From: Candidatus Zixiibacteriota bacterium
GTDB lineage: Bacteria; Zixibacteria; MSB-5A5; GN15; JACZUZ01
Direction: 5' to 3'
Assembly (NCBI GenBank): GCA_024280775.1
Contig: JAJRPM010000004.1
Span: 391,054-455,053, forward strand
DNA: 64,000 bases
Positions 55,940 through 64,000 of the stretch are shown piece by piece (the first letter of the stretch is position 1; each line of letters opens with the position of its first letter). Made by a program: the position numbers and the translations under genes. Under the pieces are notes generated by a model. It was not told where the DNA came from. It worked only from the letters and a program-made list of their open reading frames with translations, and did no database searches.

Positions 55940-57106
55940 TCAAAACCATCCCAAACGGATATCCCCGGAATCACTCTTCAGAGAAACCTGCGCCCCGCCT
56001 GCTCCTACTGAACCGGAAATCTCGCGCCGGGAAAAAGACCCGACCTCCATCGGCAGACCTTTGGTGTCGATATCTCCCGAGAGAGTCGAAAGCAGAACAT
56101 CGGCTCCGGCATTATCCGGAATCGAAAACGTGATTGAACCGGAAAGTGTCTCAACAGAGTAATCTCGCTCTGAAAACAACTCAGTGTTGACGCTAACTTT
56201 TCCTGTGTGGGTAAAGATATCGAGCGCGCCTCTATCCTGTTGAATAGAAAGATCGCCGGAAGTCGCCTTCAGACGCGCATCTCCATTGATTGAAGTGAGA
56301 GTAATATCACCTGAGGTTTGGATGATTGTTATTTCACCTGTGATATTATCACCTATCGTACTTCCCGCTCCACCATGAATAGTGACATTGCCGGCAATGG
56401 CGGTCATACGCAGGTCAGCAGTGGTGGAAGTCAATTCAACATCAGCGTCGAGGTCCTTCAATTCGATTAGTCCGCCTGATATATCTATTGTGACAGAGCC
56501 GACCACCTGATTTATCAGGGCTTCGCCGCTTTCCATCGAAATATCCAAAGCCCCGGTTATCCCACGAATATCCAGGTCACCATTGGAATTGTTCACCGTG
56601 ATGTTAGTTTCCGCAGGAACAGAAATCACATAATCCACCGACCCAAACCAATCATCGTCGGAGCCAACCAATCGCTCCCAGAAACTTCTGTGACGCTCTG
56701 ATACTTCTTCAAGCAAAGTTTCTAGCACAGCTTCATCATTGCGAGTGGAGAATCTCAATTCTACATGAGTCGCTACTTCGCGCGCCGCTGTTTCATCCAC
56801 TGCGTGAACAGTCTTGATTGCGTCGATTTTTATCTGATCGAGATGTTTAACTCCGACTATGGTGATATTGCCATTCTGATTGTTAATCCTAAGCGCCGCT
56901 CCTGTGGGCACAACCATCTCTTTGTGATAATCAAAACGAAAAGTTTTGGAATTCGCTGTCTTTGCTCCAACCATCAACGCTACGAAAACAAAGCCCGCCA
57001 GCAATCCTTTGTTGAATATTGTGTTGAATACTGGATATGTGGCTAATGACTTAGCAGAGTAGCGCATAGTCTTACTAGTCTTATAAGCAGTTGTCTGTTT
57101 TGGCAT
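55940..57106 (-). CDS. DUF4097-like beta-helical repeat protein with an N-terminal TM anchor
   Basis: It has one TM helix (LLAGFVFVALMVGA). Repeated G-D/S-I/V-x-I/L beta-strand units follow (NGDLDIRG, SGEALINQ, SGDITLTS, SGDLSIQQ, SGSITFSI, SGDIDTKG, SGDIRLGW). Confidence 0.6.
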   Translation of the reverse strand: MPKQTTAYKTSKTMRYSAKSLATYPVFNTIFNKGLLAGFVFVALMVGAKTANSKTFRFDYHKEMVVPTGAALRINNQNGNITIVGVKHLDQIKIDAIKTVHAVDETAAREVATHVELRFSTRNDEAVLETLLEEVSERHRSFWERLVGSDDDWFGSVDYVISVPAETNITVNNSNGDLDIRGITGALDISMESGEALINQVVGSVTIDISGGLIELKDLDADVELTSTTADLRMTAIAGNVTIHGGAGSTIGDNITGEITIIQTSGDITLTSINGDARLKATSGDLSIQQDRGALDIFTHTGKVSVNTELFSERDYSVETLSGSITFSIPDNAGADVLLSTLSGDIDTKGLPMEVGSFSRREISGSVGAGGAQVSLKSDSGDIRLGWF

Positions 57107-57128
57107 GGTTTCAGTTACGCATGATATT

Positions 57129-57710
57129 TCAGCGTATTCCTTTGAGAGATTTTTTCAATAGTTCCCGCGCCCTGAATATCCGGGCTTTGACTGTGCCGAC
57201 GGGCACATTCAATAGTTCGGCTATTTCCTCATAGGATTTATCATCCCGATGGCGGTACAGGATAACCTGCCGATACCTCTCGCTTAGGCTGTTAATCGCC
57301 TCGTCAATGGATAATCTCTGCTGTTTAGCCACCAATTCTCGTTCAGGATGAAACGAATAGTCGGCTACTTCAAATTCAACGGTTCCGTCGCCGGTATCAA
57401 TCTCTCTATCCAGCGACAGCGCATGAATCCGCTTTTTCCGCAGATGGTCGATTGAGGTATTCGCCGCAATTTTGCACAACCAGGTCGAAAAGCGAAACTC
57501 TGACTTGTACGAAGCCAAAGCGGTAAAGGCCTTCATAAAAGTCTCCTGAGCGATGTCCTCGGCGGTTTCCTCATTACGCACAATCTTGTACGCAACATGG
57601 TAAACTGTTTTCTGATAGCGGTTTACCAGACGCCAATAGGCGCGCTGATCGCCTTCGCGCGCGCTCTTTATGAGTTCATCATCTAGTTCCGCTGTCACAC
57701 AACACTCCAC
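57129..57710 (-). CDS. ECF-type RNA polymerase sigma factor
   Basis: Region 2 reads YHVAYKIVRNEETAEDIAQETFMKAF...FSTWLCKIAANTSIDHLRK. Region 4 reads SYEEIAELLNVPVGTVKARIFRAR. Confidence 0.85.
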   Translation of the reverse strand: MECCVTAELDDELIKSAREGDQRAYWRLVNRYQKTVYHVAYKIVRNEETAEDIAQETFMKAFTALASYKSEFRFSTWLCKIAANTSIDHLRKKRIHALSLDREIDTGDGTVEFEVADYSFHPERELVAKQQRLSIDEAINSLSERYRQVILYRHRDDKSYEEIAELLNVPVGTVKARIFRARELLKKSLKGIR

Positions 57711-57984
57711 ACTATTCTATACGCGATTACCGCGTCGCTGTTGCCCAATGTATTGATATTTCGAAGTCAGTATATCATGGCGCCACAAACCAGCGCATAC
57801 CCGATTACCGTCAGGAGAGTATACGAAATGGAACTCCATCAACAAAACCCTAGAGGCTATCCCCGGAGATTCGAAATGTAAAGTGGCGCGGGAGGGCTTG
57901 GGGCTTGTTGAAAAAGCCGAATCCTGTTGTGTTGGGTCTTGCGACGGCTTTTTTGCCGTCGTGTGACCCGACACTTTCTCTATG

Positions 57985-58035
57985 AAAAAGTGTGAGGTCG
58001 CAATTTTCGCAAAAGCGAAAATCAAGACCCCACAC
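57985..58035 (-). terminator. Intrinsic terminator after the DUF420/cox genes
   Basis: The outer stem is GTGTGAGGTC (57990-99) with GACCCCACAC (58026-35). It encloses a perfect inner hairpin, ATTTTCGC-AAAA-GCGAAAAT. On the minus strand it is followed by TTTTTC. A second hairpin (57934-57969, CGACGGC-T6-GCCGTCG core) lies just downstream. Confidence 0.7.
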
Positions 58036-58074
58036 AACTAATCGGCCTTTATCAACAAGCCCCTTGATTTAAGC

Positions 58075-58488
58075 CTAGCGCAAATAGAGCATAGCATAAA
58101 TCACTACGCCACTTACAGAAACGAACATCCATACCGGCCAGACTATTCTGGCGAGTTTTCGATGTTTCTTGAAATCACCTTTCGCTGCCCGTTTGACAAT
58201 AACCACTACAAATGGAGCCATCAAGGCCGCGAGGATTACATGAGGAATGAGGATAGCAAAATACAGGGGCCTGGTCCAATCATCGAACGGATAGGGCTTG
58301 GATCCGATATTTGCATGATAGATAACATAGCTGATCAGGAACAGGGTCGAGGTTATCAGCGCCGCCACCATGAAGCGCTGATGACGCTCACGGTCACCGC
58401 GCTTGATATTCCGGTATCCAAGGAAAAGCAATACGGCGCTGATTAGATTCAGCGTGGCATTTAGGGCAGGGAGGTCGCTAAGCGACAT
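58075..58488 (-). CDS. DUF420-family membrane protein (CtaM-like oxidase accessory candidate)
   Basis: A 137-aa protein with 4 TM helices. It contains LPALNATLNLISAVLL...GYRNIKRGDRERHQRFM. It lies directly downstream of the cox genes. Confidence 0.65.
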   Translation of the reverse strand: MSLSDLPALNATLNLISAVLLFLGYRNIKRGDRERHQRFMVAALITSTLFLISYVIYHANIGSKPYPFDDWTRPLYFAILIPHVILAALMAPFVVVIVKRAAKGDFKKHRKLARIVWPVWMFVSVSGVVIYAMLYLR

Positions 58489-58557
58489 AGGAATTGTTTC
58501 GTTAGAGGTTTGGAAGCCGGTCAGGCTCTCAGGAGCTACTTCGTGGCGCTTGAGTGT

Positions 58558-59031
58558 CTACTCAAAACCCCAATTTTCATCTTCGGACGCCGCAGTATCC
58601 TCTTCATCAGCAGCTTGCGCGGAGTCTCCTGCTGCCGCTGATGAATCCACTTTTAGTGAATCTGCCACAACGCCTTCGGAGGCTTTGTAGATAACTGCGG
58701 CGGGAACTATTGGTCCGCCGCGCTCCATATAGATTTTGTCCCGCTTGAGAGTGTCAAACATTGTGAGAGTTAAGAAGAACCCTAAGAACACCAGCGAACT
58801 CACAAACACTATTGCCAGAAACTTGTCGTCCCAGAACAGGTGCATGAAAATAAGCGCCACCAAAGAGGCTTTGAATATCGCTATGAGCATGGCGATAACC
58901 AAGTTCCACTCGCCGAAATCAATTGAAGCGGCGTAGACTGTAACAACTGTCATTACCAATAAGGCGAACGCGACTCCAAAGTATACGCTTAGAGGGAGAA
59001 TATGTGGTTTGTGTGCGGCTTTTGTGCTCAT
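58558..59031 (-). CDS. Cytochrome c oxidase subunit IV-like small membrane protein with an acidic C-terminal tail
   Basis: Three TM helices in the N-terminal roughly 100 aa. It sits immediately after coxIII. The Asp/Glu/Ala-rich tail is unusual. Confidence 0.55.
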   Translation of the reverse strand: MSTKAAHKPHILPLSVYFGVAFALLVMTVVTVYAASIDFGEWNLVIAMLIAIFKASLVALIFMHLFWDDKFLAIVFVSSLVFLGFFLTLTMFDTLKRDKIYMERGGPIVPAAVIYKASEGVVADSLKVDSSAAAGDSAQAADEEDTAASEDENWGFE

Positions 59032-59056
59032 ATATGCTGTTGTCCTACCAGATACG

Positions 59057-59722
59057 TTAACCCACCAAGTACAGAAGCGGGAAAAGGAATATCCAAATTA
59101 GATCGACTAAATGCCAGTAAAGTCCGGTCATCTCTATCGGGGTATAATAATCTGCTGAAAAATGGTTTTTCGAAGTACGGTACATCATCCACCCAATAGC
59201 AATCATTCCAGCAATCACATGAATCCCATGCAATCCGGTCATAGTGAAATAGACGCTGAAAAAGATGTGCGGGTTGGTTCCATCAATTTGTGTATTGGTG
59301 AAAAACTTACCCCACTCCAATCCATCATGGAACTTGTGTGAATACTCGATGAACTTGACTACTAGGAATGTACCAGCTAAAGCCAAAGTTGTGGCCAGAT
59401 TTATCTGAGTCCACATTTTATTGCCGACTTGCATCGAACGTATCGCCAAAGCCATCGTCAGTGAACTTGTGATTAGCACAACCGTATTGAGCGCTCCAAG
59501 ATTGACATCGAGCATCTTGTGTGCTTCATGGAACATCTCGGGATACCAGGAGCGATAAATTGCGTAAAAGCAAAACAGCCCTCCGAAAAACAGCACTTCG
59601 GTAACTAAGAATATCCAAAGCCCGAGCTTTGATGTTTCACGCTGTTGTTCAACGGTAGCGAAGTGGTGTTGCAGGAACTCAGGTCGTTCTTCGTGTCCTG
59701 TATTTGCGGTAGGTGTGTGCAT
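59057..59722 (-). CDS. coxC: Cytochrome c oxidase subunit III
   Basis: A heme-copper oxidase subunit III pattern: FILSEV-like LVTEVLFFGGLF ... YWHLVDLIWIFLFPLLYL. Confidence 0.9.
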   Translation of the reverse strand: MHTPTANTGHEERPEFLQHHFATVEQQRETSKLGLWIFLVTEVLFFGGLFCFYAIYRSWYPEMFHEAHKMLDVNLGALNTVVLITSSLTMALAIRSMQVGNKMWTQINLATTLALAGTFLVVKFIEYSHKFHDGLEWGKFFTNTQIDGTNPHIFFSVYFTMTGLHGIHVIAGMIAIGWMMYRTSKNHFSADYYTPIEMTGLYWHLVDLIWIFLFPLLYLVG

Positions 59723-59781
59723 AATTATCGTTACAAATTAGTCTCTGTAATTGAGTTTCTTGGTAATCAGCCCTCTTGAAA

Positions 59782-61419
59782 TCAGCTATTCACTTCTTCG
59801 GCGTCATACGGGTTTGTGCTCTTGAATATTACTTTATCATAAGGATACGCCTCATGTTCACAAACCGGTTGCTGGGCGAAATTGTGCAGATCCGGCGGCG
59901 AACTAGCGTGGGTCCATTCAAATGTAGAAGCTCCCCAAGGATTGCTTCCGGCTATTGGGCCGTGCTTAACCGAACGCCACAAGTATATAAGCATTACTAA
60001 GAACCCTGAGCCCAGAATAAACGCGCCAATTGACGAGAAGGCATGCATCGGTTGATACTGATCTATGTAGTTGAAGTATCTACGCGGCATTCCCTGTGAA
60101 CCCATTATGAATTGCGGAATAAAGGTAGCGTTGAATCCGATGAATATCAGCGCCCAGGCTATCCGCGCCCATTTCTCGCTATACATCCTGCCCCATATTT
60201 TCGGCCACCAATAATGTAATCCGCCGAGGAATGCGATAACCGTTCCACCCATCATCGTATAATGGAAGTGGGCAACAATGAAATATGTGTCATGCAAATG
60301 CAAATCCACAGCTAGAGTGCCCAGGAAAAGTCCGGTTAGACCACCAATAGTAAACAGGAACAGGAAGGCCAGCGCATATAGCATAGGTGTATCAAAACTT
60401 ATCGACCCTCGATACATCGTCGCCATCCAGTTGAACACCTTCACCGCCGAGGGTATTGCCACTGAGAATGTCAAGAATGAGAATATCATCGCCGCTAGCT
60501 CTGACTGACCGCTGGTGAACATGTGATGCCCCCAAACGATAAAACTCAAGAGAGCGATCGCCAAACTTGAATATGCAACAGCTCGATATCCAAACACTCT
60601 CTTGCGAGTAAAAGTAGCCATCAATTCACTAATAATCGCCATCCCGGGTAGAATCATAATGTACACAGCCGGGTGCGAATAGAACCAAAAGAAATGCTGG
60701 AACAGAACCGGATCGCCGCCCATCTTGGGATCAAATATTCCAATGCCCGCTCCTCGTTCAACTGCCAGCAAAAGTAAAGTTATCGCGAGAACCGGTGTCG
60801 CAAGCACCTGAATGATGGCTGTGGCATAGATACCCCATACAAACAAGGGCATCTTGAACCAAGTCATCCCGGGAGCGCGCATTTTGTGCACTGTGGCTAT
60901 AAAGTTTAGCCCGGTAAATATCGAGGAAAACCCGAGGATAAATGCCGCCATTACCATCATCACCACAGCGCCTTCGGTTTGTACACTATACGGTGTATAG
61001 AAAGTCCAACCGGTATCAATACCGCCAGCGACAATCGCGCCTAGAGCGAATAGCGCTCCGACTACATAGATATACCAACTGGCGAGATTCAGGCGAGGGA
61101 AGGCGACATCAATTGCCCCTAGCTGGAGCGGCAACACAAAGTTGCCCAGCGCCGCGGGTATCGACGGGATAATGAACAGGAATATCATAATCGCGCCATG
61201 CAAGGTGAACATTCTATTGTAGGTGTCGGCGCTCATCAATTGTGAGCCGGGTGAAAATAGCTCTAGACGCATCACCATTGCCAAAGCGCCACCGACTAAG
61301 AAGAATAGCGATATTGCCATCAGATACATCAAGCCGATACGCTTGTGGTCTTTGGTCAGCAACCATGACTTCAGCCCGGTCGGGGAGGTGAAATAATTAT
61401 GATCAGGTATGGTATTCAT
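59782..61419 (-). CDS. coxA: Cytochrome c oxidase subunit I
   Basis: Contains [25 protein letters not shown] and HFHYTMMGG. Confidence 0.95.
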   Translation of the reverse strand: MNTIPDHNYFTSPTGLKSWLLTKDHKRIGLMYLMAISLFFLVGGALAMVMRLELFSPGSQLMSADTYNRMFTLHGAIMIFLFIIPSIPAALGNFVLPLQLGAIDVAFPRLNLASWYIYVVGALFALGAIVAGGIDTGWTFYTPYSVQTEGAVVMMVMAAFILGFSSIFTGLNFIATVHKMRAPGMTWFKMPLFVWGIYATAIIQVLATPVLAITLLLLAVERGAGIGIFDPKMGGDPVLFQHFFWFYSHPAVYIMILPGMAIISELMATFTRKRVFGYRAVAYSSLAIALLSFIVWGHHMFTSGQSELAAMIFSFLTFSVAIPSAVKVFNWMATMYRGSISFDTPMLYALAFLFLFTIGGLTGLFLGTLAVDLHLHDTYFIVAHFHYTMMGGTVIAFLGGLHYWWPKIWGRMYSEKWARIAWALIFIGFNATFIPQFIMGSQGMPRRYFNYIDQYQPMHAFSSIGAFILGSGFLVMLIYLWRSVKHGPIAGSNPWGASTFEWTHASSPPDLHNFAQQPVCEHEAYPYDKVIFKSTNPYDAEEVNS

Positions 61420-61483
61420 TTGCTTCTGTTTTTTCTGCTGAGTGATTTATGTCAATCTCTCATAGTGTATTTGCTTCAACAGG

Positions 61484-62425
61484 TTACTTCAATGTCTTCA
61501 TATAGGCAATCAAGGCTTCTATATCTTTATCGTTAAGAATTCCCTGAAATGTCGGCATCACAGGGTTAAAGCCTTTAACAATTTTAGCATTCGGAGTCAA
61601 TATCGATTCGCGAACGTAATTCTCATCAATTATAATTGTCTCACCAGAGGCCATTGTTTCTGTGCTCCCGAATGTCCCTTTCCAAGTCGGACCGACGCTT
61701 TTGCTACCGTCGATGCTGTGGCAAGTGTTGCAGGCTCGGCTGGTGAATAACTTCTCGCCTTTGACCTCAGGTGGTTGGCCGGAGTCATTACCCTGCTCTT
61801 CGACCCATTTGTCGTAATCTTGCTGAGATAGAACCTTTACCATCCCTAGCATCTCTGAATGTGATTTCCCACAATACTCGGTGCAGAATATTTGGAATTC
61901 GCCCTCATACATGGCCTCAAACCATAGGCTAGTGTAGCGATTCGGCAGAACGTCCATCTTGACTCTGAAGGCGGGAACGTAGAAACTATGCAAAACATCC
62001 TTGGAGTGCATGAGTAGTTTTATCGGTTTGTCTTTGGGTACTACTAGCTCACCACCTGTGTTGAAACCCTCGGGGTAATCGAAAACCCAAGCCCACTGAT
62101 AGCCGGTAACTTTTATTTCCAGCGCGTCCTTGGGAATGACGTTCATCTTCAGATATGTTTGGAATCCCCAGGCAAACATAACAATCACAATCAATGTCGG
62201 AATAATTGACCAAATCAACTCGAGCGTATGATTTCCATCTGGTCCGGTTGTTAATTGGTCGCGTTCACCGCGGCGGCGATATTTGACTGCGAAATAGATT
62301 GTGCCAATGGTGATGACAGCTAGAAAGAAGATACTAATCCAGTACACGAAATAGAAAAGCGCATCGACTTCACTAGCGATGGTTGAGGCCTGTTGGGGCA
62401 TCCAAATTGTGGCGGTGGTATCCAT
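61484..62425 (-). CDS. coxB: Cytochrome c oxidase subunit II with a fused cytochrome c domain (caa3-type)
   Basis: The CuA site is HSFYVPAF...CTEYCGKSHSEM. The C-terminal heme c motif is CNTCHSIDG. Confidence 0.92.
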   Translation of the reverse strand: MDTTATIWMPQQASTIASEVDALFYFVYWISIFFLAVITIGTIYFAVKYRRRGERDQLTTGPDGNHTLELIWSIIPTLIVIVMFAWGFQTYLKMNVIPKDALEIKVTGYQWAWVFDYPEGFNTGGELVVPKDKPIKLLMHSKDVLHSFYVPAFRVKMDVLPNRYTSLWFEAMYEGEFQIFCTEYCGKSHSEMLGMVKVLSQQDYDKWVEEQGNDSGQPPEVKGEKLFTSRACNTCHSIDGSKSVGPTWKGTFGSTETMASGETIIIDENYVRESILTPNAKIVKGFNPVMPTFQGILNDKDIEALIAYMKTLK

Positions 62426-62478
62426 ACTGTCCTAAAAACTATCCTCTAACTCTTATACCTTAGGCGAAACAATACTCG

Positions 62479-63375
62479 TCATCGCGACGTGATAGCGTTT
62501 GCCCCACTTGAATTGGCTCCCGATGCACCGCCACGTTTGGCGCGCTTGCGTAGCCACATTACCATAAAGAAGAAGCCAAAGGCCAGCACAGTCATCGCGC
62601 CGCCTAGCTTCATTACATTGCTAGCGAATAACACATACCCTTTGGCATCCGGGTCATATTGAAAACAATACAAGATGATTCTATCAACTGTAGTGCCGTA
62701 TTTGCCTTCTGAGGCTTCAAGCAAAGCCAGCTTCAGGTTCTGGCGAGTGTGGTCTATACCGTATAGGTAACGTGAGACCATGCCTTCGGGAGTCAGGATG
62801 ATTGTGACTGCCGGATGGGCGTATTGCTGGGTTGAGCTATCATAGCGATAGCCAAATCCGACAGCGTCAGCCAATGCTCGCGATTGGTCGCCCTCGGCGA
62901 CTGCGAATGTCCAACCTGCCGGGTCAAATTTCTTACCGGAATTCTTCTCAAAATCTTCGAGATAGTTTTTCTTTTTTGCTTTTGCTAGCTCTGCAGTTTC
63001 TGTCGGGCTGATGCTAACAGTCAGCATATCAAACTCATTTGCAGCGTTCCACTTCAATTGCGCAACTGAATTGCTTAGCCCGTTGAAGACCAAATTGCAT
63101 AGCATCGGGCAAGAGTAGTATCCGAGGGTCAGAATTATCGGCTTGTCGTGGTGAAGCATCTCACCCAACAACACAGTGTCACCAGCCTCGTTCACTATCT
63201 TGATATCCTCAGGCACAAAGTCACCAAGATGCTCAGTTACATCAATCCCCGTCAAATCATCAGGCGCCTTATCGAGCGCCCGCTGAGCAAATGCTACTGA
63301 GCTTAGCCCACCTACCAACGCCAGCGACGCCAAGGCGAGTCCAAGGATTCTATTTATGCGGGTTGTGTTTTTCAT
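62479..63375 (-). CDS. SCO1/SenC-family copper chaperone
   Basis: Thioredoxin-fold motif YYSCPMLCNLV, with a C-terminal TM helix. Confidence 0.8.
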   Translation of the reverse strand: MKNTTRINRILGLALASLALVGGLSSVAFAQRALDKAPDDLTGIDVTEHLGDFVPEDIKIVNEAGDTVLLGEMLHHDKPIILTLGYYSCPMLCNLVFNGLSNSVAQLKWNAANEFDMLTVSISPTETAELAKAKKKNYLEDFEKNSGKKFDPAGWTFAVAEGDQSRALADAVGFGYRYDSSTQQYAHPAVTIILTPEGMVSRYLYGIDHTRQNLKLALLEASEGKYGTTVDRIILYCFQYDPDAKGYVLFASNVMKLGGAMTVLAFGFFFMVMWLRKRAKRGGASGANSSGANAITSR

Positions 63376-63420
63376 AAATCTTACTCTTCAACTTACAACT
63401 GAGTTGTTTTCAACTATTTC

Positions 63421-63762
63421 TTAGTTTGCGCCTTCGAAAGCCTCACCGGCCACTAAGCGCATCGCACGATCAATCGGTATTCTATAGACCGCTTTGTCCG
63501 GATCCAATAACTTATAGGAACTCAGGATGGAGTTTTCGTTGTTATGCATGGCTTTTAGTTGTTCAGATGGAATACCCAAGTCGACCTTTAGTATTTCCTT
63601 CTCGCGTTCGAGACTGAATATATCGTCGAGAAGAAACAGGGAAGCAACGAACAAGCCCAAACCCAAGACTCCAATGATGACAATCTTGGTATAGTTTACA
63701 CCTTCGTCCTCGAAGGCAACTTCTACGCCGTGGCTTGGTGGATGTATTTCAAATTCTGACAT
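63421..63762 (-). CDS. Small single-TM protein of unknown function
   Basis: A 113-aa protein with one TM helix (IVIIGVLGLGLFVASLFLL). The C-terminus reads AVYRIPIDRAMRLVA. It is co-oriented with the oxidase cluster. Confidence 0.45.
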   Translation of the reverse strand: MSEFEIHPPSHGVEVAFEDEGVNYTKIVIIGVLGLGLFVASLFLLDDIFSLEREKEILKVDLGIPSEQLKAMHNNENSILSSYKLLDPDKAVYRIPIDRAMRLVAGEAFEGAN

Positions 63763-63828
63763 GATATTACACTCGGATACTTGCTGATATTTGCTCTCGC
63801 AACCTATTGGCTAACAAGCCTACCCATT

Positions 63829-63864
63829 GACGCTTAACCATTAACAGACCCTTAACCATTAACA
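63829..63864. repeat. 18-bp tandem duplication spanning a stop codon (17/18 identical)
   Basis: GACGCTTAACCATTAACA is followed directly by GACCCTTAACCATTAACA. On the minus strand this duplicates the last codons and the TAA of the edge gene. Confidence 0.8.
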
Positions 63865-64000
63865 AAGTGGAATGACGCTTCCAGTTTCGGGTCGTTGACC
63901 GGCACCACCGGCTGTGAAGTAAAGCGTTTCCAGAACAGCCAGACAAATATGCCGCCGATACCCAGCATGGTAGATAGATCCATCCATGAGAGCGAGAACC
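63852..64000 (-). CDS. C-terminal fragment of a membrane protein; the rest is outside the window. Possibly an Alternative-Complex-III membrane subunit.
   Basis: My own translation gives ...FSLSWMDLSTMLGIGGIFVWLFWKRFTSQPVVPVNDPKLEASFHFVNG*. The ACIII suggestion rests only on its position upstream of a caa3 cluster and a remembered C-terminal pattern. Confidence 0.4.
   Translation of the reverse strand, partial: FSLSWMDLSTMLGIGGIFVWLFWKRFTSQPVVPVNDPKLEASFHFVNG

Noticed and set aside
57717-58037. A 106-aa ORF between the ECF sigma gene and DUF420.
   Set aside because: The region is occupied by two terminator hairpins and promoter space. The predicted protein has no domain-like features and no Shine-Dalgarno sequence.
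1-64000. CRISPR arrays, defence systems (restriction-modification, toxin-antitoxin, CBASS, retron or Gabija-like), prophage or insertion-sequence elements.
   Set aside because: I looked for regularly spaced direct repeats, reverse transcriptases, nucleases, ATPases and small toxin-antitoxin pairs. I found none, and the ORFs I accepted as genes have respiratory, envelope or housekeeping signatures.

Overview
The window is a gene-dense chromosomal segment with no transposase, integrase, phage gene or CRISPR array. It probably comes from an uncultivated member of the FCB (Fibrobacteres-Chlorobi-Bacteroidetes) superphylum. The hints are two proteins with type IX secretion (T9SS) C-terminal sorting domains and a short, roughly 280-aa RpoD-like sigma factor. 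The content is dominated by respiration. A complete 14-subunit-type complex I operon reads nuoA to nuoM on the minus strand (767-12459), and nuoM runs off the left edge. A caa3-type cytochrome c oxidase cluster (SCO1, coxII, coxI, coxIII, coxIV, DUF420) lies at 58-63.4 kb. Between them are housekeeping genes (ftcD, tsaC-like, manC, folB, folK, panB, a deoxynucleoside kinase, tRNA-Leu(CAG)) and two active HtrA proteases. An ECF-sigma-headed envelope cluster, two HDOD signalling proteins and two GT-C-like membrane glycosyltransferases are also present. One glycosyltransferase is frameshifted at a T9 tract. The most interesting locus is 29114-33924. It is a tightly packed three-gene module encoding a 10(+1)-heme cytochrome with an N-terminal hydrophobic segment, a 540-aa predicted outer-membrane beta-barrel, and a 12(+2)-heme lipoprotein cytochrome. 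This is the logic of porin-cytochrome extracellular electron conduits (MtrCAB, OmaB-OmbB-OmcB), but the gene order and heme composition match neither paradigm. A strong intrinsic terminator closes the module. A perfect CRP-type palindrome (TGTGA-N6-TCACA) sits about 100 bp upstream, and an unusually palindrome-dense intergenic region rich in GTGACA/TGTCAC lies downstream. Secondary observations are a catalytically dead HtrA paralog, a tail-anchored kinase-pseudokinase tandem, and an aminotransferase-fold protein lacking the PLP lysine. There is also a bactofilin-like polytopic membrane protein with a proline-rich tail, and several hairpins and tandem duplications. All functional calls rest on motifs read by eye; no database search was run.
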